Of a DNA stretch of 64,000 nt, positions 10,414-19,782 are shown in pieces. How positions within the stretch are numbered: the stretch's first letter is position 1; each line of letters opens with the position of its first letter. The notes beneath the pieces were generated by a model, which was not told the origin of the DNA, did not search any database, and saw only the letters and a program-made list of their open reading frames with translations. Position numbers and translations under genes: made by a program. Where the stretch lies: assembly GCA_963707635.1 (NCBI GenBank), contig OY970173.1, forward strand, positions 2,336,001 through 2,400,000. The letters are read 5' to 3'. The DNA is from Candidatus Latescibacterota bacterium (GTDB taxonomy: Bacteria; Krumholzibacteriota; Krumholzibacteriia; WVZY01; JAKEHA01).

Positions 10414-11954
10414 CGCGCACGCCATTGCGCCAGCTCCTCCTCGGCTTGCCTGCGATCGCTCCACGGATGTTTCTCGCCGCCCACCAGCTGGTAGTCCTCG
10501 TGCCCCTTGCCGAGGATTGCGACCATGTCGCCGGGCCCGCATTCGGCGATCGCGCGGCGGATGGCCGTAGCACGATCCAGTTCGACGACGACGTCGTCCG
10601 AGCGCTTCATCCCGGTCAGGATGTCCGCGACAATGGTCTCGACCCGCTCGTGGCGCGGGTTGTCGGTGGTCAGATAGCAACGATCGCACTCGCGCTGGGC
10701 GATACGTCCCATGAGGGGGCGCTTGGAGCGGTCGCGGTCGCCCCCGCACCCGAACACGGCCACGAGGCGGCGCGGCTGGAGGTGGCGGCAGGTGGCGAGC
10801 ACACGCTCGAACCCGTCCGGCGTGTGCGCGTAGTCGACCACGACCACGGGCCGTCCGCCGCCGCCCAGCGGCTCGAACCGCCCCGGCACTCGGTCGACGG
10901 CCTCGAGACCCGCGCGCGCCTGCGCGGCCGTGGCGCCCATCGCCATCGCGGCCACCGCCGCGACCGCCGCGTTGGCCGGCACGAAGCCGCCGAGGAGTTT
11001 CATCGACACGCGCACGACCTCGCCGCCGGCGAGGTGGAGTGCGAAGCGCGTCCGCTCGAGTGATACCTCGACGCCGTCCACACGGCAGTCCGCGTCGGAC
11101 GACGTCCCCACCGCCAGCCGCCGGCCTTTGAATCCCTCGCCGATCGAGCGCGCGGTGGCGTCGTCGGCCCAATAGACCAGCGTTCCATCCGGCTTGCGCC
11201 GGTGGCTTCCCGCGAGCGAATAGCAGAACTCCGCTTTCGCCGCGCGGTAGTCCTCCATGTCGGGGTGATAGTCGAGGTGGTCATGCGTGACGTTCGTTAG
11301 TATCCCGACCTCAAAGTCCAGTCCCCAGGTCCGATGTTGCCGCACGGCGTGAGAACTGACCTCCATGACCACCCCGACACACCCCGAATTGCGCATTTCG
11401 TTGAACAATTTGTGAAGCGTGAGCGCGTCCGGCGTCGTGTGCGGGTCCTTGACCAACTCGTCGATCCCGTGACCGAGGGTTCCGATCAACCCGAACTGCT
11501 CGCCGCCGTGGCGAAGAATCGAGCGCACCAGGTGTGCGGTCGACGTCTTGCCGTTGGTGCCGGTGACGCCGCACAGGCGCAGCGCCCCCGCCGGCTCCCC
11601 GAAGTAGCGTGCGGCCACGAGTGCGAGCGCCTTCGACGTGTTCTCCACCACCAGGCACGGCACGCCCGGCGGCGCCGGCGCCTCCTCCACGATCACCGCG
11701 GCGGCCCCGAGCCGGACCGCCTCGCCGATGAACCGGTGCCCGTCGGCGGTGGTGCCGCGCAGCGCCACGAACAACTCGCCCCCGCGGACCTTTCTCGAGT
11801 CGACACAGATGCCGTCGATCGCGGTGGCGCGCGCGCCGCCGGCGAGCGCGCCCCCGGCCAGTGGCCCGAGCGCGTCCACCAATGATCCCAGCGTCGTCCT
11901 CGGCATCGCGTCTGGTAGTGGCACTCCGGCTCGTTCCTCCACCAGTTCGGTCAT
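10410..11954 (-). CDS. murE: UDP-MurNAc-L-Ala-D-Glu--meso-diaminopimelate ligase
   Basis: GVTGTNGKTST, HTTPD, MEVSSH, DYAHTPDG, FGCGGDRD, DNPR (meso-DAP-type specificity motif), GKGHEDYQ. Confidence 0.97.
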   Translation of the reverse strand: MTELVEERAGVPLPDAMPRTTLGSLVDALGPLAGGALAGGARATAIDGICVDSRKVRGGELFVALRGTTADGHRFIGEAVRLGAAAVIVEEAPAPPGVPCLVVENTSKALALVAARYFGEPAGALRLCGVTGTNGKTSTAHLVRSILRHGGEQFGLIGTLGHGIDELVKDPHTTPDALTLHKLFNEMRNSGCVGVVMEVSSHAVRQHRTWGLDFEVGILTNVTHDHLDYHPDMEDYRAAKAEFCYSLAGSHRRKPDGTLVYWADDATARSIGEGFKGRRLAVGTSSDADCRVDGVEVSLERTRFALHLAGGEVVRVSMKLLGGFVPANAAVAAVAAMAMGATAAQARAGLEAVDRVPGRFEPLGGGGRPVVVVDYAHTPDGFERVLATCRHLQPRRLVAVFGCGGDRDRSKRPLMGRIAQRECDRCYLTTDNPRHERVETIVADILTGMKRSDDVVVELDRATAIRRAIAECGPGDMVAILGKGHEDYQLVGGEKHPWSDRRQAEEELAQWRAR

Positions 11955-14056
11955 CGGTGGTCCCGTCGAAAACTTCGGGTGGACGCGGCCGCCTGCCCGG
12001 CGATCGGCGCCTTTTCTAAGGCATTGCCTGCATTGCCTGTGTTGCCTGCGCCGCTCGCATCGCCAGCATCGCCGTCGTCGAACGCGATCTCCCGGTACGC
12101 CTCGCGCGCGCGCCGGCTTCCGTCGACGCCGGAGCGACTCTCGCGCGGCGCGCCCTTGCCGTCCGCGACCAGCAGTCGCACCACCGCGTCCCGGTCCATC
12201 AGCGCGCCGGGCGACGGCACCTGCGCCACCACGCGTCCCGCGCCGCCGCGGCAGAGCACGTTGGTCCCGCCGCGCCGCGCCGCATCGAGCGCCGCCGCGC
12301 GCTCCATGCGCAGGAAATTGGGGGTCCGGGCGCGCCCGCCCCGCGCCGGCGCGACGCTCACGGTTTCGACCGACAGCAAGTCGTCGAACAACGGCGTCGA
12401 GCTGGCAAGGCTTTCACAGATGCGCGCGAACGCGGGCGCGGCGGAATCGCCGCCGTAGCGCACCGACCACGTGGGCTCGTCGATCATGACCAGGCACGCG
12501 ATGCGCGGCGACTCGTAGGGCGCAAAGCCGATGAAGCTGGCGATGTATCGATTCGCCACGTAGCCGCGCCCTCCCGCCTTCTGGGCCGTACCCGTCTTGC
12601 CCGCCACGCGCATGAATTCCACCCGGGCGGACTGCGCGGTACCTTCTTCTACAACCGCCAGGCAGAACTCGCGCAGGGTTTTGGCGGTCGCTTGCGAAAC
12701 CACGCGTCGGACCACGACCGGCTCCGACCGGGCCACGTCCCCGGTGGCCGGGTCGGCCACGCCCCGCACCAGCCGGGGCATCATCAGGACGCCGTCGTTG
12801 GCGATGGCGGCGTACGCGTTGAGCATCTGCAGCGGCGTCACCGCCACCTCCTGCCCGAACGCCATCGTCGCCTTCGTGCGCCCGGACCAGCGATCGACCG
12901 GCGGCACCGAACCGGCGGACTCGCCGGGCAGTCCGACCCCGGTGCGCGCCCCGAACCCGAAGAGCCGCGCGTAGCCGTAGAGGTCGCCCGCCTGCAGCGC
13001 GCTCGACGCCTTCGCCATGACGATGTTGCTCGAGTACATGAACGCCTCTTCGATCGTCAGCCAGCGGTGCGGGTGCGGGTCGCGGATGGTCGCGAACCCG
13101 AGGTCGGCGGTGCCGTCTTCCGCGTCGAACGAGTCCGAGGGCGCCAGGCTGGTCTTATCGAGGAGTGCCGCCGCCGTGACGAGCTTGAAGGTCGACCCAG
13201 GCTCGTACACGTGCGACACGCACCGCAGCGTCCACAGCGAGTCGGCGTGCGACGAGTTCTCACGACCGACGACCGCCGGGAGTTCCGCCAGCGCGAGGAT
13301 CTCCCCCGTCGTCACTTCCATCACGATGACCGCTCCGCCGCGCGCGTCGCACTCGTCGACCGCGCGCCGGAGCTCGGTTTCCGCGATGTCCTGAACCGTC
13401 GCGTCGATGGTCAGGTAGACGTGCTTGCCGTCCCGCGGCTTGCGCTCGACGAACTGGTAGTAGCGGTCGCTGCGGTAGCTGCCGTTGCGAATCACCGTCT
13501 CGCGGCCCGGGGCGCCGCGCAGCGCCTGGTCGTAGGCCGCCTCCACACCGGAGAGGCCGCGGTTCTCGCGGCTCACGAACCCGACCACCTTGCTCCCAAC
13601 CTGGTCGTACGGGTAGATGCGGTTGGCCTTGAGCTCGACCACGACGCCGGCGACCTTCGCCATCTCGCGCCGCGTCTCTTCGGACAGCATGCAGTCGTGC
13701 TTCACGTAGACGAACGGCTTGCGGGAACGGAGTTTCTCACGCGCCACACTCGCGGAAACGCCGACGTCGCGCGTCAGCACCCGGATGGCGCGCTTTCCAT
13801 CCACGACGCGCGACGGCTGCACCGCCACCGAGCACCGGCGCACGTTCATCGCCAGCGGGCGCCCGTGCCGGTCGAAGATTCCGCCTCGAACCGCGTGGAT
13901 CTCCCGCGGCGCGACGCGCTGATCCACCGCCTTGCGCAGATAGGCGCCGTGGTGGATGTACTGGAGCTCGAAGAGCCGGGTCCACAGGGCCAGAATGACG
14001 ATCCCGAACACGCCGCCCACGACGCACATCCGCCGCTTCTGGTCCCGGGTCGTCAT
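11951..14056 (-). CDS. ftsI: Class B penicillin-binding protein FtsI/PBP3 with PASTA domain
   Basis: N-terminal TM, RGGIFDRHG, EPGSTFK (SxxK), YSSN (SxN), KTGT, then PASTA-like PNFLRM...QVPSPG. Confidence 0.93.
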   Translation of the reverse strand: MTTRDQKRRMCVVGGVFGIVILALWTRLFELQYIHHGAYLRKAVDQRVAPREIHAVRGGIFDRHGRPLAMNVRRCSVAVQPSRVVDGKRAIRVLTRDVGVSASVAREKLRSRKPFVYVKHDCMLSEETRREMAKVAGVVVELKANRIYPYDQVGSKVVGFVSRENRGLSGVEAAYDQALRGAPGRETVIRNGSYRSDRYYQFVERKPRDGKHVYLTIDATVQDIAETELRRAVDECDARGGAVIVMEVTTGEILALAELPAVVGRENSSHADSLWTLRCVSHVYEPGSTFKLVTAAALLDKTSLAPSDSFDAEDGTADLGFATIRDPHPHRWLTIEEAFMYSSNIVMAKASSALQAGDLYGYARLFGFGARTGVGLPGESAGSVPPVDRWSGRTKATMAFGQEVAVTPLQMLNAYAAIANDGVLMMPRLVRGVADPATGDVARSEPVVVRRVVSQATAKTLREFCLAVVEEGTAQSARVEFMRVAGKTGTAQKAGGRGYVANRYIASFIGFAPYESPRIACLVMIDEPTWSVRYGGDSAAPAFARICESLASSTPLFDDLLSVETVSVAPARGGRARTPNFLRMERAAALDAARRGGTNVLCRGGAGRVVAQVPSPGALMDRDAVVRLLVADGKGAPRESRSGVDGSRRAREAYREIAFDDGDAGDASGAGNTGNAGNALEKAPIAGQAAASTRSFRRDHR
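12022..12048. repeat. Imperfect 9-bp tandem repeat in the ftsI 3' tail
   Basis: cattgcctg cattgcctg tgttgcctg, encoding GNT-GNA-GNA. Confidence 0.6.
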
Positions 14057-14475
14057 CGCTGTATCACCTGCGTGAGCCCGCTGACCTCGGAGCCGAGGAC
14101 GTCGTCGACCTGGAGTTCCAGGGCGCGCGGCGCCTCGAGCTCTGCCTGTCCGTCGACCGACACGCGGATCACATCCGCGGTCGTCGACTCGACCAGGCCG
14201 AGGTCACGCTCGCACGTGGTCGACACCCGCGACTTGGACGTCATGGTGGCGTAGCGCGCGGTCAGGACCCCGATCTGTTCCTTGAGCGCCGTTTCCGCGC
14301 GCTTGCGGGCGGCCACGTCCTCCATGAGGCTGCTGGTGTAGACCTGCGTCGACACATAGGCGAGCAGGCACACCGCGAAGGAGAGGTAGCCGAGCACCAT
14401 CATGGGCACGCCCAGCTTCCCGCCCAGCGCGTTGAGCAGGAACTGTCCGGCGAGCGCGGCATGGCGGCGGTTCAT
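14053..14475 (-). CDS. ftsL: Probable cell division protein FtsL
   Basis: 140 aa, single TM followed by a coiled coil; lies between rsmH and ftsI with ATGA overlaps on both sides. Confidence 0.72.
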   Translation of the reverse strand: MNRRHAALAGQFLLNALGGKLGVPMMVLGYLSFAVCLLAYVSTQVYTSSLMEDVAARKRAETALKEQIGVLTARYATMTSKSRVSTTCERDLGLVESTTADVIRVSVDGQAELEAPRALELQVDDVLGSEVSGLTQVIQR

Positions 14476-15401
14476 CCCCGGCCCGCCTTTCCGGTGAGTC
14501 TCTCCGCGGCCCGCAGACGGGCGCTGCGGGCGCGGGGGTTCTCGCGCAATTCCTCCGCGCCCGGCCGGACCGGACGCCGGGTCAGCACGCGCACGCGCGG
14601 GACGCGGCCGCACACGCACACCGGAATCTCCGGGGGACACACGCAGGTGGCACTCGCGTCGCGCAGGAACTGCTTCACCATGCGGTCCTCCAACGAGTGG
14701 TAACTCACCACCACCAGGCGGCCGTGCGGGTGCAGCCAATCGAGCACGCGATCCAGAAACCGCCGCAGGCCATCGAGCTCTCCGTTGACCGCGATCCGCA
14801 CCGCCTGGAACACGCGCGAGAGATCCGCCGGCGTAGTCGCGCGCCCGAGTGCGGCTTCCACCGCCCGGCGCAGGTCGGCGGTCGTGTGCATGGCGCCGGC
14901 GTCGACGGCGGCGCGAATCGTCCGCGCCAGGCGCCGGGACCGCGAGACTTCGCCGTACTCGCGCAACCAGCGCCCGATCTCGTCGGCGTCCGAGCGCGCG
15001 AGCAACGCGGCGGCGGTTTCGCCCTCGGATCCCATGCGCATGTCGAGCGGGCCGGACGCGCCGTGCGCGAAGCCGCGGCCGGCGTCGTCGATCTGCGGGC
15101 TCGACACGCCGAGGTCCAGCAGCACGCCGTCGACCTTTCCCACCGGGGCGAGGATGGAATCGACATCCGAATAGAGCCCGCGGACGAGCGTGACGCGGTC
15201 CGCGTAGGGAGCGAGCCGGCGGCCCGCCGCGTCGAGGGCGACGGGATCGCGGTCGACCCCGATCACGCGCAGATCCTCGCGCGCGCGCAGCAGCGCCTCC
15301 GCGTGTCCGCCGAAGCCGACGGTCCCGTCGAGCACCACCCGGGAGTGGTCGTGCAGGAGGCTGCCGACCACCTCTTCCGCCATCACCGGGATGTGCCGCA
15401 T
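14472..15401 (-). CDS. rsmH: 16S rRNA m4C1402 methyltransferase RsmH (MraW)
   Basis: HIPVM, DGTVGFGGH, LDLGVSSPQID, PLDMRM, FQAVRIAVN, SYHSLEDR, NPRARSARLR; start at ATG 15401. Confidence 0.97.
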   Translation of the reverse strand: MRHIPVMAEEVVGSLLHDHSRVVLDGTVGFGGHAEALLRAREDLRVIGVDRDPVALDAAGRRLAPYADRVTLVRGLYSDVDSILAPVGKVDGVLLDLGVSSPQIDDAGRGFAHGASGPLDMRMGSEGETAAALLARSDADEIGRWLREYGEVSRSRRLARTIRAAVDAGAMHTTADLRRAVEAALGRATTPADLSRVFQAVRIAVNGELDGLRRFLDRVLDWLHPHGRLVVVSYHSLEDRMVKQFLRDASATCVCPPEIPVCVCGRVPRVRVLTRRPVRPGAEELRENPRARSARLRAAERLTGKAGRG

Positions 15402-15478
15402 TCGCTTCTCCCTTTCGGCCCGCGCACGCGGGGACTCGAGCGGCGCGCATGGCGCATATGAGAACATGCCCTCGATCA

Positions 15479-15922
15479 TCAGAAGAACGAGTTGTTGATG
15501 TCTTTGAACGCCTTCGCCATCTCTGCGTAGCGGCGCTCGATGTGCTTGGGATTCCAGACTTCGACACACGCGTTCATGTTGATGACCACGACCGTGGCGT
15601 CGAGCTGGCAGCGCTCGCGCAACTCCCTCGGCATCACGATCCGCCCCTGCGCGTCGGCCACGACCGTCTCGCGGTGGAGTTGCACGAAGCGCACGAAGTC
15701 GCGCTTGGTGTCCCCCGGCGCCTGGCTCAGGAAGCGCTGTTCGTATTCTTCCCACTGGGCGGAGGTGCGAATCTCGAGGTAGGGCGGGTCGTCGATGTTG
15801 GGGAGCAAGTGAAGCCGGTCGCCCTTCTTGAGCCTGAACCGCTCCCGCACCAGGCGCGAGAGCTGGAGCCGGCCCTTCGGGTCGATCGAGTGGAGATGCT
15901 TCTCGCCGAAGTTGCCCTGCAT
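15479..15922 (-). CDS. mraZ: Transcriptional regulator MraZ
   Basis: Two DxxGR motifs (IDPKGRL, ADAQGRI); first gene of the dcw cluster. Confidence 0.92.
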   Translation of the reverse strand: MQGNFGEKHLHSIDPKGRLQLSRLVRERFRLKKGDRLHLLPNIDDPPYLEIRTSAQWEEYEQRFLSQAPGDTKRDFVRFVQLHRETVVADAQGRIVMPRELRERCQLDATVVVINMNACVEVWNPKHIERRYAEMAKAFKDINNSFF

Positions 15923-15992
15923 GTAGCGGCCTAACTCGTTGAAAAACAGTATGTTGATCCGAATTTAGGGAACTTGCACCACTTAAGGCGGC

Positions 15993-16022
15993 ATTCTAGG
16001 GATTTTTAGGGACGATGGTCAA
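15993..16022 (-). promoter_or_regulatory. Sigma70-type promoter of the dcw operon, overlapped by direct repeats
   Basis: TTGACC (16022-16017), 18 bp spacer, TAGAAT (15998-15993) in an AT-rich patch upstream of mraZ. Confidence 0.8.
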
Positions 16023-16078
16023 GAGGAATCCTTTGGCAGGGTCGATAATTCACTCGGGGCGCTGTTCGGGGAAGCACG

Positions 16079-16182
16079 AGCGGGTGGCGCCGACGGGCGC
16101 CCGGGCTGTCGGCGACAGCGGGTGGCGCTGACACGGGGCCCCCGCGGCGGATGCCGCGGGGTGGGTCAGCGACAGGACCCGC
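16079..16182. repeat. Two tandem related stem-loops (REP-like or terminator/insulator)
   Basis: AGCGGGTGGCGC(C/T)GAC...GTC(G/A)GCGACAG occurs twice, with a compensatory change between the copies. Confidence 0.6.
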
Positions 16183-16187
16183 CGTCG

Positions 16188-16997
16188 TCAATCGCGCTTC
16201 ACGCCGACGACGCAGACCGTCGCGGCCAGACGCCGGACGAGCGGCGTGCGCTCGAGCACGCGCTCCAGCGCCGCACACGCCGGCGCCAGCGCGTCGGGCG
16301 TGTTCTTGAGCACGAAGAGAAAACGCGAGACGTGGGTCACCGTGAAGCCGGCGCGCGTCAGCAGATCCGCGATGTCGCGGTCCGGCAGCGGGTGGTGATA
16401 GCGGTACGGGTGATAGGCGGCGCGGGGCGTCCCCGCGTCCGGGAGACACATCGACGGCAGGCGTTCGCGAATCCATCCGTGACGGACCGCGACGCGCTTG
16501 CCCCGCTCCACCAGGCTCGCGTGGTTGGGCGTCGAGAGCACGATGCGCCCGCCCGGTCGCAGCACGCGCCGGCATTCTGCGATCGCGGCGGCGCGGTCAT
16601 CGCCGAAGATGTGCTCGAACGTTTCCACCAGCGTGACGTAATCGAACACGCCGTTGGGGAACGGGAGCGCGGACGCGTCGGCGCCGGCCACGTCGAACGC
16701 GACCGCGTTGGCCGCTGCGATCCGCTTCCCCACCGCGAACTGGTCGGGCACGATATCGATTCCCACCGCGCGAAACCCGAGCCGCGCCAGCGCCATGACG
16801 TTGAACCCCCACGCGGAGCCGATGTCCAGCACGCGCGCGCCCGCCTTCGCGTCGAGGTGGCGGTCCACCTCGGCGAAGCGCCGGTGCATCATGTGGCGGC
16901 GGCCGCGCGGTCCCAGGTACCAGTGGCGCAGCAGGTCCGGCATGTCCTCGCGGGAGAGGTCCGCGGGAATCGAGATTTCGGGGAGCTCGAAACTCAT
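16188..16997 (-). CDS. Class I SAM-dependent methyltransferase
   Basis: VLDIGSAWG, GIDI, ADASALPF, FDYVTLVETFEHI, RVLRPGGRIVLSTPN; ATG 16997 overlaps the upstream stop. Confidence 0.88.
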   Translation of the reverse strand: MSFELPEISIPADLSREDMPDLLRHWYLGPRGRRHMMHRRFAEVDRHLDAKAGARVLDIGSAWGFNVMALARLGFRAVGIDIVPDQFAVGKRIAAANAVAFDVAGADASALPFPNGVFDYVTLVETFEHIFGDDRAAAIAECRRVLRPGGRIVLSTPNHASLVERGKRVAVRHGWIRERLPSMCLPDAGTPRAAYHPYRYHHPLPDRDIADLLTRAGFTVTHVSRFLFVLKNTPDALAPACAALERVLERTPLVRRLAATVCVVGVKRD

Positions 16998-18493
16998 GGC
17001 GCGGCCGGTGTCACGCGATAGAGCGTGTAGTAGAACATTCCCGGCTTGCGGATGCCCAGGTTGCGAACCGTGGTCATGTACACGCGCTCGAAGCGGTGTC
17101 CGTGGACGACCCGTCCGTCGAAACGATCCGCCACGTGCTCCCGGTCGACCAGGTAGTCGACGTGGGGATAGCCGCGGGTGCCGAAATAGAGCCCCTCCGC
17201 GACGATCTCCTCGTAGTCGTGCGCGGCGCGAAGCCGCGCGGTCTCGGGCTCGACGAGTCCTCCGAGATCGAGCACGCGGCGGTGCGAGTAGAACGCGAGG
17301 TATCCGATGTCCGCGGCGGCCACGACCGCGTCCGGCTCCGAGTGCTCGCGCAGGTACCGGGCGAGCCCTGCCAGCGGCGTCATGAGGTCCTCGCTGAACG
17401 CGCGCGACGGCGGCAGGACCACGCGCGCGTAGAATACGACGTTGGTCACGACCGCGATCGCGCACGCCGCCGCGAGCGTGCGTGCCGCTGCCCGGGGCGA
17501 GATCCGGCCACCGAGCGACTCCAGCGACCGCCAGCCGCCCGCGCACACCGCGGGCGTGATCAGCAGGAGATAGCGGGAGAGGACCTGGATGTCGAACGCG
17601 ACATAGGCGAGCGGGAGCGCCACCATCCACAGCAACGAGAATCGAAACGGCCGCCCCAGCACGAACGCGCGCCGGCGCGAGACCGCGAGGTCGAGCAGCA
17701 CGGCGAGGAGCGCCACCGCCTGCGTGCCGACGACGATCTTCGCCACCGGAACCAGCTTCGTCACGAACAGGATGGGATCGGTGACGAACCCCCCGCTCTT
17801 GGCTCCGGCCGTGTTGGGGAGAAAGCTGCCGATGTGCCACTTCGCGAACAGGAGCCACGGGGCCAGCAACGCCGCGGCGGTGGCGAGGCCGGCGATCACC
17901 CACCCGCGCGACGGGCGCGGCCGCACCGTGAGGGCGCCGGCGACAAACACCGGCAGCGCGAGGTACATCTCCGGGCGCACCAGCGCGCCGAGCGCCACCG
18001 CTGCGCCGAAGCGCACCGCGCCGTGGCGGTCGTCGTAGGCGCGAACCGACGCGAGCAGCATGACGATCGCCGCGAACGCGGCCAGCGACGACTCCATGGC
18101 GAGCGCCGACCAGCGCACGAACCACGCGTCCGCCGCGAACGCGAGCGCTCCCAGCAGGGCGACGCGGCGCGACGCCCCGAGCGCGATCAGCAGGCGCTGG
18201 ATCGCCACCAGCGCGGCGAATGCGCACAGCCACGACAGCACGCGGCTCGCGTGGACGAACGCGTCGTCGCTCCCGAACGGCCGTGCGGCCGCGGCCAGCG
18301 AGATCACCCACAGCGGGCTGGTGGTGCCGAACGATGTCTCCCCCGCGTTGAAGCTGTATTCGCCGCGCGTCATGAGATTGCGCGCGTATTGCACGTGGAT
18401 GAATCCGTCGTCGGTGAACCCGTGTCGGAGCGGGAGCATTAGGGCGAACAGGAGCGCCGCCGGCAACAGATAATCGCGCCACGTGCGTCTCAC
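16994..18493 (-). CDS. Multi-pass membrane glycosyltransferase, GT-C-like (polyprenyl-phosphate-sugar dependent)
   Basis: FTDDGFIHVQYARNL...G.YSFN.GE...GTTSPLW first-loop motif, MES, RPE, about 10-12 TMs, C-terminal ADIGYLAFYS..RVLDLGGL. Confidence 0.72.
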   Translation of the reverse strand: MRRTWRDYLLPAALLFALMLPLRHGFTDDGFIHVQYARNLMTRGEYSFNAGETSFGTTSPLWVISLAAAARPFGSDDAFVHASRVLSWLCAFAALVAIQRLLIALGASRRVALLGALAFAADAWFVRWSALAMESSLAAFAAIVMLLASVRAYDDRHGAVRFGAAVALGALVRPEMYLALPVFVAGALTVRPRPSRGWVIAGLATAAALLAPWLLFAKWHIGSFLPNTAGAKSGGFVTDPILFVTKLVPVAKIVVGTQAVALLAVLLDLAVSRRRAFVLGRPFRFSLLWMVALPLAYVAFDIQVLSRYLLLITPAVCAGGWRSLESLGGRISPRAAARTLAAACAIAVVTNVVFYARVVLPPSRAFSEDLMTPLAGLARYLREHSEPDAVVAAADIGYLAFYSHRRVLDLGGLVEPETARLRAAHDYEEIVAEGLYFGTRGYPHVDYLVDREHVADRFDGRVVHGHRFERVYMTTVRNLGIRKPGMFYYTLYRVTPAAP

Positions 18494-19782
18494 GCGCGCA
18501 CCCCCCGCGCGCAGAGCTCGTCGAGCACGTCGGCGAGATCGCCGGCGAGCCGTGAACGCTCCAGTTCGGGACGCTCCGAGAGGTCGCACTCGCTCTCCAG
18601 CGTCCCGCGGCGATGGCGGTCGAACAACTCGCCGATCGCGCGCGCGATCTCGTCGGTCGCCGCGGGGCTGGCGGTGACGCCGCGGCGCAGGCCGGTCACC
18701 AGATCACTCGCCTCGCCCGGAGGGACCAGCGCCAGCACCGGGCGCCGCAGCCCGATGTATTCGTAGAGCTTGCCGGGGACGAGCCCGTCGTAGCGCGGGT
18801 CGGCGTGCTTGATCAGCAGGAGTACATGGGCGGCTCGCTCGACGCGAAGCGTTTCCGCGTGCGGCACGGTGTCGCGGAAACGCACCAGAGACTGCAGGCC
18901 GAGACGCACCACCGCGCGCTCGTTGTCATCCTCGCGGGGCCCGAGAAACTCGACTTGAATCTCGTCGCGGGCACCGGGGCGCGCGGCGAGAAACGCGGCC
19001 AGCGCCTCGAGGAACGGGACTGCGGTGCGCCGCTGGGTGAGCGTGCCCGCGTGCACGATTCGAAACGGGCCGCCCTCCGGTGCAATCGACGCGACCGATC
19101 GCGCCTCGTCGCCGTCGTACCCGTTGGGAATGCGCAGCACGCGCGCGCCGGGGTACGACGAGCGCACCCGCGCTTCGTGCCAGCGGGTGGTGGTGACGAC
19201 GTGCGCGGTCGTGCACACCCTGGCCTCCCACTTCCGGTGCAGCCGCGCGTGCAGCGCGGTGGGGGGTGCCAGCAGGTGGAGGTTCATCCACGGGTCGCGA
19301 AAGTCCGCGAGCCACGGAAGCCCGGTGCGGCGATGCACCGCCAGGCCGACCAGGTGGGCGGTTTCCGGCGGCGAGGTGGAATAGAGCGCGTCGAAGCGCT
19401 CGGTTTTCGCGGCGGCGAGTGCGGCCTGCACGGCGAATGGATACCATCCGACGTAGGAGTCGGGCATGAGCACGGCCGACGCCGCGCGGCGGGCCACGCC
19501 GAAACCGCGCGACGAGCGTGTTTGCGAGCGGGTTCGCCCCGGCGCGCCCGCGCGCGCGAGCAGCCACTGGCCGCTCAAGGTCCGGGTTCGAATCACGCGA
19601 CACGCGGCCGGGATGCGCTCCGCGAGGGTCGGATCCGAGATCCAGTACGCGCCCGCGTCCGGCGTCACCACCGTGGTCTTCCACCCGTGCTGCGGCAGGT
19701 AGCGCACGAACGACAGCGGCCGATGGACGCCACCGCCACCCATCGGCGGAAAGAAGGGGATGATCATCAACGCGTGCTTCAC
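18490..19782 (-). CDS. Glycosyltransferase family 4 (GT-B)
   Basis: FPPMGGGGVHR, STSPPETAHL, ADFRDPW, IPNGYD, PGKLYEYI; GTG 19782 overlaps the upstream stop. Confidence 0.88.
   Translation of the reverse strand: MKHALMIIPFFPPMGGGGVHRPLSFVRYLPQHGWKTTVVTPDAGAYWISDPTLAERIPAACRVIRTRTLSGQWLLARAGAPGRTRSQTRSSRGFGVARRAASAVLMPDSYVGWYPFAVQAALAAAKTERFDALYSTSPPETAHLVGLAVHRRTGLPWLADFRDPWMNLHLLAPPTALHARLHRKWEARVCTTAHVVTTTRWHEARVRSSYPGARVLRIPNGYDGDEARSVASIAPEGGPFRIVHAGTLTQRRTAVPFLEALAAFLAARPGARDEIQVEFLGPREDDNERAVVRLGLQSLVRFRDTVPHAETLRVERAAHVLLLIKHADPRYDGLVPGKLYEYIGLRRPVLALVPPGEASDLVTGLRRGVTASPAATDEIARAIGELFDRHRRGTLESECDLSERPELERSRLAGDLADVLDELCARGVRA

Noticed and set aside
1766..10494. Very long plus-strand ORFs (1195 aa and 1384 aa)
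   Set aside because: Antisense shadows of mur genes caused by high-GC codon bias; no recognisable motifs
16188..18482. Extended ORFs in the track (764 aa here; similarly those for murF, murG, rsmH, ribBA, the amidase and the LpoA-like gene)
   Set aside because: Upstream extensions overlap neighbouring genes; starts were reassigned to stop/start overlaps
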